IMG/VR virus record: IMGVR_UViG_3300037246_000486
Location: 1-61,995 of that record
Source of the DNA: a virus
Taxonomy: Duplodnaviria > Caudoviricetes
Length of the DNA stretch: 61,995 nt
Reading direction: 5' to 3' (one strand)
Part shown: positions 35,344 to 44,660 of the stretch, one piece after another
Layout: every line of letters begins with the position of its first letter
Numbering within the stretch: the first letter of the stretch is position 1
The notes under the pieces: generated by a model
The model's input: only the letters and a program-made list of their open reading frames with translations
What the model was told of the DNA's origin: nothing
The model's database searches: none
Translations under genes and position numbers: made by a program

Positions 35344-35718
35344 ATGGCGAAACGGCGACCAGCAGACCACGGTCCCCGCACCCGGGTGTACTACCAGGAG
35401 CTCGGGTACATGGTGGGCAAGGTCGACTGCACCGGGTCACGGCGACGGCCCTCCCACGACCTGTTCGGGTTCGCGGATCTCATCGGGTTCGCCACGGACG
35501 GGGACGGACTCGTCGTCGTGTTGATCCAACTGACCAACCGCAGCAGCCATGCCAAGCACAGGAACAAGATCCTCATGTCAACGAGGGCATACGAGGTCGT
35601 CCGCCGGTTCGGTGGGCGCGTGCGCATCGACCTGATCTCCTGGAAGATCATGGCGGGCGAACGGAAGTACACGCCCTGGGTCGAGGACATGAACCAGACG
35701 ATTATGGAACAACCATGA
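35344..35718 (+). CDS. PD-(D/E)XK-like nuclease (resolvase-like)
   Basis: 'ELGYMV...DLFGFADLIG...VVLIQLT' pattern. Confidence 0.6.
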   Translation: MAKRRPADHGPRTRVYYQELGYMVGKVDCTGSRRRPSHDLFGFADLIGFATDGDGLVVVLIQLTNRSSHAKHRNKILMSTRAYEVVRRFGGRVRIDLISWKIMAGERKYTPWVEDMNQTIMEQP

Positions 35719-37028
35719 TCCTGTATCACTCGGGGCAGCTGGGTCACCGCAAGATTGAGGAGGTTATTAACGTGATCATGTACCACTCGGGGAGCAAGGG
35801 ACGGCTGGCAGACGAGTCCCTGAAATTTCTACAGGCGGAGCTCGGCACCACCGGGTTGCCCACCGACATGGCGGCCATCATGTTGCAGGGCAGGTGCCGC
35901 CTTATCACCTACGCTGAGATCATCAACGAGACCCTGCTGATGAAAGAGGTGGAGGTCCTGATCGACATGCACCCGAAGCTGGCCCTGGACAGTGGGGCGT
36001 TTAGTGTCATGAACTCCGGCATCACCATCGACATCGACGTGTACGCCAAGTTCCTGAAAGAGCACGGGGGCATGTTCACCTGGTACGCCAACCTGGATGT
36101 CATACCGATCGACGACACCCATACGGTCGCGGCAGCGCAGGCGTCCCTGGACAACCTCCTCCACCTGGAGAACAACCACGGGCTGACACCGATGCCCATC
36201 TTCCACTTCGGGGAGCCAATCGAGTTCTTGGACAGGCTCCAGGAAGGACGGACGCACATCGGCCTGGGCGGACTGGTCGGGGTACCCCGGGCCTCACGCC
36301 TGCCGTGGTTGGAGACGGTGTTCGGGCATGTCAACGAGGGCGTGCGGGTCCACGGGTACGGCATCGGGGACGAGGTGATCCTGAAAGGTTTCCCCTGGCA
36401 TTCCATCGACTCCACGAACTGGCTCACCGCCTGCCGCTTCGGTACCTGGCCCCCGTTCCACTCGGGGATCTACACCCTCACCGCCCGAGTCCTGCCGTGG
36501 GTGGAGTACCTGGATGGGATGTGCGCGGCCCTCGACTCGGAGTACGAAGGCAAGGAGGACGAGGATCAGGCGTCCCTGTTCAAGACCACCAGCATGGACC
36601 GCACGCGCGAGCAGGGACCGCAGAACATCGGACCCGCCGCAGCGGTGTGGCCAGGGGACGACTTCGAGAAGGGCAAGCGTGCCGCCGACCTGATCGCCCA
36701 GGGACCACGACCCACCCCGAAGGTGGCGGTGAAGGTCCCACCCAGGAAGCCGCAGAGGACCAGGGCGGCGACCGCCCCCAGGCGTCGGACCAAGCCGGTG
36801 GCGGTGGTGGTACCTGTGAAGGTCCTGACCGATGAGGAGAAGGACCAGCGCCGACGGGACATGGACGCGCACCGCGCCCAGCAGATCGCCAAGGAGAAAG
36901 CAACCAAGCCCAAGCCGTTCGAGGACGCGGGCAAGCACGACGGGGTTCGGTGTACGTGCAGCCCACTTGGCCGGAACAACGAATGCCCCAGGCACGGGGT
37001 CAACGGGACGGAGGTCGGACATGCCTAA
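35715..37028 (+). CDS. dpdA: TGT-fold transglycosylase, probable DNA 7-deazaguanine insertion enzyme (DpdA-like)
   Basis: 'LALDSGAFS', 'YANLDVI', 'PIFH', 'IGLGGLVG', 'VHGYG', 'SIDSTNW' motifs; directly upstream of queC. Confidence 0.78.
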   Translation: MILYHSGQLGHRKIEEVINVIMYHSGSKGRLADESLKFLQAELGTTGLPTDMAAIMLQGRCRLITYAEIINETLLMKEVEVLIDMHPKLALDSGAFSVMNSGITIDIDVYAKFLKEHGGMFTWYANLDVIPIDDTHTVAAAQASLDNLLHLENNHGLTPMPIFHFGEPIEFLDRLQEGRTHIGLGGLVGVPRASRLPWLETVFGHVNEGVRVHGYGIGDEVILKGFPWHSIDSTNWLTACRFGTWPPFHSGIYTLTARVLPWVEYLDGMCAALDSEYEGKEDEDQASLFKTTSMDRTREQGPQNIGPAAAVWPGDDFEKGKRAADLIAQGPRPTPKVAVKVPPRKPQRTRAATAPRRRTKPVAVVVPVKVLTDEEKDQRRRDMDAHRAQQIAKEKATKPKPFEDAGKHDGVRCTCSPLGRNNECPRHGVNGTEVGHA

Positions 37029-37695
37029 GAGAGGATGCGTGGTACTTCACAGCGGTGGGATGGACTCGACCACCCTGCTGTACGAGTGCGTCAACACCTA
37101 CGGCCGGGAGCATGTCGTGTCCCTCGGCGTGGACTACGGGCAGCGGCACGGTCGGATGGAACTGACCTGCGCCACGAACCTGGCGGAGAACATCCTCCAC
37201 GTCCAGCGCCGGGTCCTAGACATGTCCATGCTGGCCAACCTACTGCCGGGCTCGGCACTGACGGACAGGTCGGTGGACGTACCGCACGGGCACTACGAGG
37301 ACGAGTCCATGAAGGCCACCGTGGTTCCGAACCGGAACATGATCCTCCTGTCCCTGGCCGCAGCCGTGGCGATCGCCAACGACTACACCCACGTCGCCTA
37401 TGCCGCGCACGCCGGGGACCGTGCCATTTATCCCGACTGCCGTCCGAAGTTCTTTGAGCGGATGAAGTACGTCCTCGCGGTGTGCCACTACGACCCGATC
37501 CGGATCGCAGCCCCGTACATGACATGGACCAAGGGAGAGATCGCCGACCGTGGCAACAGGCTGGGCGTCCCCTGGGAATACACCTGGACCTGCTACGAAG
37601 GCGGGGACGTCCACTGCGGGGAGTGTGGTGCCTGCACCGAGCGTCGGGAGGCCCTACTCGGGTCACCCGACCCCACTACCTACGCCAATGGTTAG
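37021..37695 (+). CDS. queC: 7-cyano-7-deazaguanine synthase
   Basis: 'SGGMDST', 'DYGQRH', 'VPNRN', 'YPDCRP', 'TWTCY..G..HCGECGACTER'. Confidence 0.96.
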   Translation: MPKRGCVVLHSGGMDSTTLLYECVNTYGREHVVSLGVDYGQRHGRMELTCATNLAENILHVQRRVLDMSMLANLLPGSALTDRSVDVPHGHYEDESMKATVVPNRNMILLSLAAAVAIANDYTHVAYAAHAGDRAIYPDCRPKFFERMKYVLAVCHYDPIRIAAPYMTWTKGEIADRGNRLGVPWEYTWTCYEGGDVHCGECGACTERREALLGSPDPTTYANG

Positions 37696-38308
37696 GAACC
37701 GTCGACGGCCGCGCTCGATCACCAAGCACGGTTTTCCCGCCAGCGGTATCGTCGACGCACATTTTATCGTCGACGAACCAAGCGCCCGTCGACGACCTCC
37801 CTTCGCTGGCCTGGCCGTGGTCGGGTACCTGGTCGCAGTAGTCCTGGCCAACCTGGGGGCGTACTACCTGGGGCCCGGGTGGGTACCTGCCATCGGGTTC
37901 GTCGCCATCGGGTTCGACCTGACCTGCCGGGACATCCTCCATGAGCGGTGGCACGGGGGTGACCTGAAGCTCAACATGGCACTCCTTATCCTGGCGGGGT
38001 CAGTCCTGACCAAGTACATCAACCCCGCTGCGGAGTGGGTCGCCCTCGCGTCTATGCTGGCGTTCGGGTTGAGTGCCGTGGTTGATTCCGTTATCTTTGA
38101 AAAGTTGTTCCACCGGGCAAGACTCGTTCGGATCAACGGCAGCAACCTGGGAAGTGCAGCGGTGGACTCGGTCGTGTTCCCCACTGTCGCCTTCGGGTTG
38201 TTCATGCCGTGGATCATCGTGGGTCAGTTCCTGGCCAAGGTCGCAGGCGGCTTCTTGTGGTCCTTGGTCCTGACGAAGGGAGACAGACATGCAGCACGAG
38301 ATCAGTAG
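37688..38308 (+). CDS. yhhQ: VUT-family (YhhQ-like) queuosine-precursor transporter
   Basis: Multi-pass membrane protein with 'ANL', 'RDILHERW', 'ALAS..AF', 'SN..SAAVDSVVF..VAFG', 'GQFLAK'. Confidence 0.82.
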   Translation: MVRNRRRPRSITKHGFPASGIVDAHFIVDEPSARRRPPFAGLAVVGYLVAVVLANLGAYYLGPGWVPAIGFVAIGFDLTCRDILHERWHGGDLKLNMALLILAGSVLTKYINPAAEWVALASMLAFGLSAVVDSVIFEKLFHRARLVRINGSNLGSAAVDSVVFPTVAFGLFMPWIIVGQFLAKVAGGFLWSLVLTKGDRHAARDQ

Positions 38309-38816
38309 GGCATTCCACATCGACGCGGGGCACCGGGTCTATGGACACGAGAGCAAGTGTGCTCACCTCCACGGGCACCGGTACACCATCACCGTCACCC
38401 TGCGGTCCCGGGACCTGGACGACCTGGGTCGGGTGGTGGACTTCGGGGACATGGTGTCCACCATCGGGGAGTGGCTCCTGACCAACTGGGACCACGGCCT
38501 GGTGCTGTTCGCCGAGGACCCGTTCGTCGAGTTGTTCGCCTGCCCGCCACACCAGTCGCCGGTCCTCTTGGCCCACCGCGCCCTGCGTGAGCAACTGTCC
38601 CGACAGAAGATGTTCATCCTCCCCACCAACCCCACCGCCGAGAACATGGCGCAGTACCTGATGGACGAGGTGGTCCCGGACCTGATCCCCGGTGGCGTGT
38701 TCTGTTCCCGGGTCACTGTCCAGGAGACACCGAACTGTGGCGCGACGGCATACCCGCAACCCCAGACCGTCCGGGAGTCCACACCGATGGAGGACGCGGC
38801 AGCGTCCATCGCATGA
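38289..38816 (+). CDS. queD: 6-carboxytetrahydropterin synthase
   Basis: 'AGHRV..HESKCAHLHGHRY', 'VVDFG', 'WDH', 'NPTAENMA', 'ETPN'. Confidence 0.94.
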   Translation: MQHEISRAFHIDAGHRVYGHESKCAHLHGHRYTITVTLRSRDLDDLGRVVDFGDMVSTIGEWLLTNWDHGLVLFAEDPFVELFACPPHQSPVLLAHRALREQLSRQKMFILPTNPTAENMAQYLMDEVVPDLIPGGVFCSRVTVQETPNCGATAYPQPQTVRESTPMEDAAASIA

Positions 38817-39028
38817 GCAAGGGTCAGCAGCGGTACGCGTTCATCATCCGCCGCGGGCAGGACGGTGGGTACGTCGTCGAACTGGACAACGAACCGCACC
38901 GCAGTCTGGGCGTCCTGGAGAAGTTGTCGTTGTTTCATGTCGCCCGCATGTTCGTGGTGACGAGTGCCAAGGCGGCCGGGGACAAGGTGGCGGAGCTCCT
39001 GGTCGAGGGCGAGAAGGAGGGCGACTGA
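38813..39028 (+). CDS. Small hypothetical protein inside the que cluster
   Basis: 71-aa ORF with ATGA overlap. Confidence 0.5.
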   Translation: MSKGQQRYAFIIRRGQDGGYVVELDNEPHRSLGVLEKLSLFHVARMFVVTSAKAAGDKVAELLVEGEKEGD

Positions 39029-39029
39029 C

Positions 39030-39332
39030 ATGCCGGCATCGACGACGATGGCGGTGGACGCAGCGGTACGCTTGATCAGACTGCATGGGCCGTCCCGGGT
39101 AGTAATCGACAGGCACGCCCAGGCCGTCAGCCCGAAGCGGGCGCGGGAGCAGTATGGCATCACCCCGGACGTCATGTTCATCCGGGGCGATGGTTGGTCC
39201 CTGGGGGCCACGAACGAGATGGCGATGGTGGCATACAACACCTGGGCCGGGGACTGGGTGGGTGTCCTAACGTGGCCGGGCTACGCCGTCCACAGTGTTA
39301 GCGAGTGGCTAGAAAGGATGGACGATGTCTGA
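39030..39332 (+). CDS. Hypothetical protein inside the que cluster
   Basis: AGGAGG SD before ATG 39030. Confidence 0.55.
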   Translation: MPASTTMAVDAAVRLIRLHGPSRVVIDRHAQAVSPKRAREQYGITPDVMFIRGDGWSLGATNEMAMVAYNTWAGDWVGVLTWPGYAVHSVSEWLERMDDV

Positions 39333-40026
39333 GGCAGCGTACCAGATCAACGAGATGTTCTACAGCGTCCAGGGGGAGGGCGTGCGGGCCGGCACGCCCA
39401 ACGTGTTCATCCGGTTCTCCGGGTGCAACATGGAGTGCCAACTGGAGGCGGGTCCGAAGAGCCCCGGGGGCTTTGACTGCGACACCGAGTTCGTGTCCGG
39501 CAAGGTCATGACCCTGGACCAGATCCACCGGGAGGCTATCCGTATCTCGGAGGAGTGGAACGGCCTGGAGGCGGAGGGCGAAGACGAACGGGTGCAGCTG
39601 TCCGATGGCAACAGGCCGTGGCAGATCCTGACCGGTGGTGAACCCGGGCTCCAGGTGGACATCTCCTACTGCGAGGTCATGCACCGCAAGGGCTGGAACC
39701 TCGCGATCGAAACTAACGGGTCCATCGACCTCCCGCACATCGGGACCGGGCAACTGGACGACTACATGCTGGACTGGATCACCGTCTCACCGAAGGTCGC
39801 GGAGCATGCGGTCCGCCAACTGGTGGCACACGAGGTGAAGTATGTCCGGGGTGCCGGTCAGGCCATACCGAAGCCCGCGTGTAACGCCAGGCACCAACTG
39901 ATCTCCCCGGCGTTCAACGGCATGGTCCTGGACCAGGACTCCATGGAGACGTGTCTCTGGTTGGTCAAGTGCAACCCGACCTGGCGGCTGTCCGTCCAGG
40001 CGCACAAGGCATGGAGGGTACGATGA
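39325..40026 (+). CDS. queE: 7-carboxy-7-deazaguanine synthase (radical SAM)
   Basis: 'EMFYSVQGEG...FIRFSGC', 'LTGGEP', 'IETNG', 'TVSPK', 'WRLSVQAHK'. Confidence 0.94.
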   Translation: MSEAAYQINEMFYSVQGEGVRAGTPNVFIRFSGCNMECQLEAGPKSPGGFDCDTEFVSGKVMTLDQIHREAIRISEEWNGLEAEGEDERVQLSDGNRPWQILTGGEPGLQVDISYCEVMHRKGWNLAIETNGSIDLPHIGTGQLDDYMLDWITVSPKVAEHAVRQLVAHEVKYVRGAGQAIPKPACNARHQLISPAFNGMVLDQDSMETCLWLVKCNPTWRLSVQAHKAWRVR

Positions 40027-40847
40027 GCCGTGGCGACGACGACCACGACGACCCACCGCGCGAGGTGGGCGGCAACCAGGATGGGGAGTTCGACCACATC
40101 ATCACCCCGGACGAGTACCACCAGCTGGCGGACCGGGGTCTCAACACCGGGAGCTCCGGTGAGTCCATCCGGGAGGCACTGAACGACATCCGGCAGCAGG
40201 ACGAGATGGACGAGGCGGCAGCGCAGCCGATGATGTGCTCGGGGTACATGGGATCGGACCCCCGCATGTCCGACCATGCGGAGCTGGACATCTCCGTGGA
40301 GGGTGCAGTGCGTGTCCTTCTTCGCCGGGTGGTGCGGGAGGACCCCGAACGGGAGGGACTACTAGACACACCCCGCAGGGTGGTGAAAGCCCTGGGGGAG
40401 ATGACCACGGGGTACGGCCAGGACGTCCACGAGATCCTGGGCACCACGTTCGACACCGAAGGGTATGACGAGATGGTCGTGCTGCGCGGCATCGACTTCG
40501 TGTCCCTCTGCGAACACCACATGCTCCCGTTCACCGGCACCGCTGCGGTCGGGTACGTGCCCGGCGAGCGGGTCGTGGGCCTGTCCAAGTTGGCCCGCCT
40601 GGTGGACTGCTTCGCCCGGCGACTCCAGATCCAGGAGCGTATGACCAAGGAGATAGCAGACGCCGTGATGGAGGTCCTGTCGCCGCAGGGTGTGGGTGTG
40701 GTGGTGTCGGCCCACCATAGCTGCATGGGTTGCCGGGGTGTCCGGAAGCCGGGCGCCTCTATGGTGACCTCGTACCTGGCGGGGGTCATGCGGGACAACG
40801 TGGCAGCCCGGGCGGAATTCCTCGCCCTGGCGGGGGTGACAAAGTAA
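40023..40847 (+). CDS. folE: GTP cyclohydrolase I with an acidic N-terminal extension
   Basis: 'REGLLDTPRRV', 'SLCEHHMLPF', 'GLSKLAR', 'QIQERMT', 'HSCMGCRGV'. Confidence 0.96.
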   Translation: MSRGDDDHDDPPREVGGNQDGEFDHIITPDEYHQLADRGLNTGSSGESIREALNDIRQQDEMDEAAAQPMMCSGYMGSDPRMSDHAELDISVEGAVRVLLRRVVREDPEREGLLDTPRRVVKALGEMTTGYGQDVHEILGTTFDTEGYDEMVVLRGIDFVSLCEHHMLPFTGTAAVGYVPGERVVGLSKLARLVDCFARRLQIQERMTKEIADAVMEVLSPQGVGVVVSAHHSCMGCRGVRKPGASMVTSYLAGVMRDNVAARAEFLALAGVTK

Positions 40848-40860
40848 ATGACGTTTCGGG

Positions 40861-40888
40861 TTGACTGTGATCTCGTGTCGTTGATAAT
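40861..40888 (+). promoter_or_regulatory. Sigma70-like promoter
   Basis: TTGACT-16-GATAAT upstream of the H1-like gene. Confidence 0.5.
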
Positions 40889-40953
40889 GGTCTCAGTTCC
40901 TACCCACACACCGGCGCGGACAGTTCAGCCGGGTACTACCAGGAGGCAACATC

Positions 40954-41364
40954 ATGGCAAAGGCAAAGAACACCAAGGCGACCAAGGCAACCCCGAAGGC
41001 CAAGCCGGCCGGCCCCACCAAGGCAGAGGTCCTCGCCGCTCGCGATGCGAAGATCGTCGCCGCCTACAAGAGCGGCACCGACGTCCCGGACCTGGCCCCG
41101 AAGTTCGGCCTGTCCGGTGTCCGCATCTACCGCATCCTCGGTGCCAAGAATGTGACGCTGCGACCGCGTCCGAAGGCCGACCCCAAGCCCGCCACCAAGG
41201 GCAAGGCCACCAAGAAGGCCGCCAAGAAGGCCGCTCCCCGCAAGGCCACCAAGGCCACCAAGGCCAAGCCCGCCGGCAAGTCGGCGTCCGCAGCCCCGGC
41301 CCTCGCGCTCCCCAAGAGCCAGTCGGTACGTCGCCCGAACAAGCCCACCCCGTCGGACAGCTAG
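40954..41364 (+). CDS. Histone-H1-like Lys/Ala/Pro-rich DNA-binding protein with a central HTH
   Basis: KATKK/KAAKK repeats flank 'ARDAKIVAAYKSG..VPDLAPKFGLSGVRIYRIL'; AGGAGG SD. Confidence 0.75.
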   Translation: MAKAKNTKATKATPKAKPAGPTKAEVLAARDAKIVAAYKSGTDVPDLAPKFGLSGVRIYRILGAKNVTLRPRPKADPKPATKGKATKKAAKKAAPRKATKATKAKPAGKSASAAPALALPKSQSVRRPNKPTPSDS

Positions 41365-41381
41365 TCCGACCAGTACCGACA

Positions 41382-41419
41382 AGCAAGGGCACCTGGCCAG
41401 GCCGGCAGGTGCCCTTGCT
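41382..41419 (+). terminator. Hairpin after the H1-like gene
   Basis: AGCAAGGGCACCTG / CAGGTGCCCTTGCT perfect 14-bp stem; weak U-tract. Confidence 0.55.
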
Positions 41420-41676
41420 GTATCCATCAGGCACGCAGGAGGTGACCCGTGACAATGACAGGTGAGGAGTGGTTGCTCGCCATCGTATCCGCCCTGATTG
41501 GTGCGGCTGCCCTACGATTCTTCCAATGGATCTTGATGCCACGGGGTAGTGCCGTGGACAAGGACCAACTCCGAGAGCTCCGCCACCGACTGGGCGACCC
41601 CCTGTCCACGCAGTCGCATGTCACCATTCGCCGAGACCTGCTGGTCGCCCTCGTACATGACGCGAGGAGGTGACCC

Positions 41677-42060
41677 GTGCTCGACACCCAGCGTGAAGCG
41701 TGGGAGCGGATCCTGCCCATCGCGGGCGGCCTGCGTGAGGCCGTCTACCAATATGTGGACCGGTGGCCCTCGGCCGCGTTCGAGTTGGAGGCAGTGACCG
41801 GACTGCGGCAGTCCACCGTCGCCGCCCGCTTTGCCGAGCTCGCCAACCGCAAGGGCAAGTACGACTGGCGTCCCCGTATCTTCGACAGTGGGGTGGTCAA
41901 GAAGAACCCGGAGACCGGACGCAACGCCGTGGTCTGGAACACCACCAAGCCGGACGACGGGCAGCTCGACCTGTTCCCCGAACCACGACTGTGCCTGGCC
42001 GCGACCCAGCTCGGTCCGTGCCAGTTGGTAGGCGGTCACGATGGAAGGTGTCAGGTCTAA
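41677..42060 (+). CDS. Winged-helix DNA-binding protein
   Basis: 'FELEAVTGLRQSTVAARFAEL...DSG....TGRNAVVW' pattern. Confidence 0.6.
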   Translation: MLDTQREAWERILPIAGGLREAVYQYVDRWPSAAFELEAVTGLRQSTVAARFAELANRKGKYDWRPRIFDSGVVKKNPETGRNAVVWNTTKPDDGQLDLFPEPRLCLAATQLGPCQLVGGHDGRCQV

Positions 42061-42666
42061 ATGGCATACTCCGACAAGGTCAACAGGATGATCTTCGACC
42101 GGCTCGAGGCTGGGCAGACCTGCGACACCATCGCCTCCGCGATGGGAGTGTCCCGTGCCTTGGTGTCCATCCGCCGACGATCCATGGCCAACCCACCTCC
42201 ACGCAAGGTGCCGTTCCGTGGTCGGGAGGACAAGTTCAGCACCAAGCGGAATCCCCACGAGGCGGCGGCAGCCCTATGGGAGAAGGTCCTAGAGACAGCA
42301 ATCCGGGAAGGAGACTTAGTCTGGCTCTTCCACGACGTCGAGGACGCGGGCACCGTGGGGACGTTCACCTGGGTCGCCATCTCCCTGGGGGCCGAGCCGG
42401 ACGACCTCCTTACCGGCATTGACTACGAAGACCTGGTGACCCCAGTATTTCCAAGACATGGTGACGGGTCGGTTATACTCTGGGACTGGACCGAACACGA
42501 CGCAACGGAGGAACGCATTGAGGAGCGAGACGCAGCGGGTGGTGGTGACGGGGATGTCACAGGGCCAGACGCTCCAGGTGCTGAACGCGCCGGAGTTCGG
42601 GGCAGTGACGGGCGACCTCGATGGGACGAAGGTGGATGGCAGGACCCTTGCTGCGTTGGAGCGTAA
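42061..42666 (+). CDS. Hypothetical protein with an N-terminal HTH
   Basis: 'GQTCDTIASAMGVSRALVSIRR'. Confidence 0.55.
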   Translation: MAYSDKVNRMIFDRLEAGQTCDTIASAMGVSRALVSIRRRSMANPPPRKVPFRGREDKFSTKRNPHEAAAALWEKVLETAIREGDLVWLFHDVEDAGTVGTFTWVAISLGAEPDDLLTGIDYEDLVTPVFPRHGDGSVILWDWTEHDATEERIEERDAAGGGDGDVTGPDAPGAERAGVRGSDGRPRWDEGGWQDPCCVGA

Positions 42667-43208
42667 GGGATACATCGTAGAGGGCAAGGAGACGAGTCCA
42701 TGGACAAGGCGAATGAAACTGACACGGCAGGGGCGGGCAGCGGCTTCACAACCGTAGACCCTGCCCGTTACCTGGGCCGGGGGTCGGTGAAGCGTATTGC
42801 CACCGAGCTCATGGGCGTGGTGGTGCTGGCCGCCATGAAGTACGTGAAGCACCAGTACCAGGACGGGGCAACGCTCCGGGTGGTCCAGGAGCCCGTCATC
42901 ATCCCACCGCCAGGACTGGTCGGGTGGGTGGTGGGCGCCAGGCAGTTGCCAGTGGGCGTGCTGACCGGTGGGTACCATAGGGACGACCCCATGGAGTTCT
43001 CGCAGGAGGGGGCGGTACAGGCGTTGCTAGTGGCGCGCTGGCCGAACCGTCGCCCGGTACCTGTCCCGATGCAGTGCTTCGTCATCACAACCATCCAACC
43101 GAGCTCGGGGTTGTCCTGGGCTGACCTGCGTGTCCCCGAGCGGCACCGTGCGGAGATGCGGGAGTGGGCATCCCAGATCCAACGAGACGAGAGAGGCAGG
43201 TGGCAAGC

Positions 43209-43901
43209 ATGAAGGACCTTGGCAAGGTACGGGTGACCGACGTGTTCGGTGGTGTCGTCCGCAACGTGAGGGTGCAGCGGTCCCACGACGCTGGCTCCCA
43301 GGGCACGGCCGTCACTGTCGATGCTCCGGGGTTCCGCGCACGCCGGGTGTTCCTGGACTTCAACCCGAACACCGTGGACGAGGTGGTCCTGGTCATGCGG
43401 GCATCGCAGGCGACCCCGGCGACACTGTCCTCCTGTTGCCTTAAGAATCTGGAGACCGCGGGCATGACGGTCTACCTCCGGGACACTCCCCTCTGGGAGT
43501 ACTTCGGACGGATGTACAATGCCGACCAGGACCGGGTGTGGATGGCGGTCACCACCGACCGCCTGGTGGACGCACTGGAAGAGTCACCCCAGTGGGACGA
43601 GGCACCGGGCATGATGCACACCGCGCCGCAAGGGTGGCAACGGTTCAACTCCTGGAAGCTGAAACGGGAACCGCCCATTCTCCAGGTCACCCTCCACCGT
43701 AGGCGCCGAGAGCTCGACCCCATGCAGTACGAGTACCTGGCTGAGGTGGACATGGACCTGGCCTCCGGCATCGGACACTTGGCAGAGGTGCTGCGCAACC
43801 ACGCCACCAACCAGAAGACCAACCCGCACGACGTCGCCCAGGCCCTCTATGTCGGGTGGGGTCTGGAGTCCTACATCCCAACACCGGGAGGACGCACATG
43901 A
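43209..43901 (+). CDS. Hypothetical protein
   Basis: ATGA-coupled 230-aa ORF. Confidence 0.55.
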   Translation: MKDLGKVRVTDVFGGVVRNVRVQRSHDAGSQGTAVTVDAPGFRARRVFLDFNPNTVDEVVLVMRASQATPATLSSCCLKNLETAGMTVYLRDTPLWEYFGRMYNADQDRVWMAVTTDRLVDALEESPQWDEAPGMMHTAPQGWQRFNSWKLKREPPILQVTLHRRRRELDPMQYEYLAEVDMDLASGIGHLAEVLRNHATNQKTNPHDVAQALYVGWGLESYIPTPGGRT

Positions 43902-44126
43902 GTATGCGCATGCTGTTCGACTGGCTGTTCGCGACACTCGCCTTTGCCTTGGCTGGGTGGGTGGGCATGAAGTACTTCGGCGGCGACCCCGAGCTCTGGC
44001 TTCGGGTGTTCCTGATAGCCGTCGCCGCCTTCGCGGCAGGGCATTGGAACGGGCACTGCCTGGGTCGCCTTGATCCAGACCGCCTCGACCGGGACTTCCG
44101 GGCGTGGCAGGCGAGGGAACATTGGC

Positions 44127-44660
44127 GTGGGTAATCCGATCAAGCTGGTGCAGGCACGTCCCGGACGTAAGCTGTGGGAGGTGAAGGTGTCTGGTCCCAC
44201 GGTCATGTCGCCGTGGATGCCCTCGGCGATCGAGGTCCAGTCACGCCGGCAGGTACCACCCCAGCTGATGGCAGCGGTGGCGTTCGAGTGGCCCGGGTAC
44301 TCCCTGGTCCACGGCAAGGTCACTCACCCGTCCGAGTACCTGGACGAGCTCCGGTTGAACGCTGAAGAAGCCCGGGCGGAGTTCCTCGAGACCGTACTGG
44401 ACGGTGAGGAGTGGGAGATCCAGATCATGTGCCCCACCTGCGGAGGCCGTGGTGTCTTCGACTGTGATGAGTGCGGGTGGGCCGGGCGAGCGGACAACGA
44501 CAAGGAGGACTGCGAGGAGTGCAAGGGCGACGGGGTAGTAGAGTGTCACGAGTGTGATGGCGAGGCATGCTGGTTCGTCGATTACGAACCCGGGTTGGAG
44601 CACTGGCCCGGACCTACCGCGGCATGGGCCGCAGAAGTAAGGAGCGGACACGATGGCTAA
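44127..44660 (+). CDS. DnaJ-type Zn-finger protein
   Basis: Four CxxCxG repeats (CPTCGGRG, CDECGWAG, CEECKGDG, CHECDGE). Confidence 0.65.
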   Translation: MGNPIKLVQARPGRKLWEVKVSGPTVMSPWMPSAIEVQSRRQVPPQLMAAVAFEWPGYSLVHGKVTHPSEYLDELRLNAEEARAEFLETVLDGEEWEIQIMCPTCGGRGVFDCDECGWAGRADNDKEDCEECKGDGVVECHECDGEACWFVDYEPGLEHWPGPTAAWAAEVRSGHDG

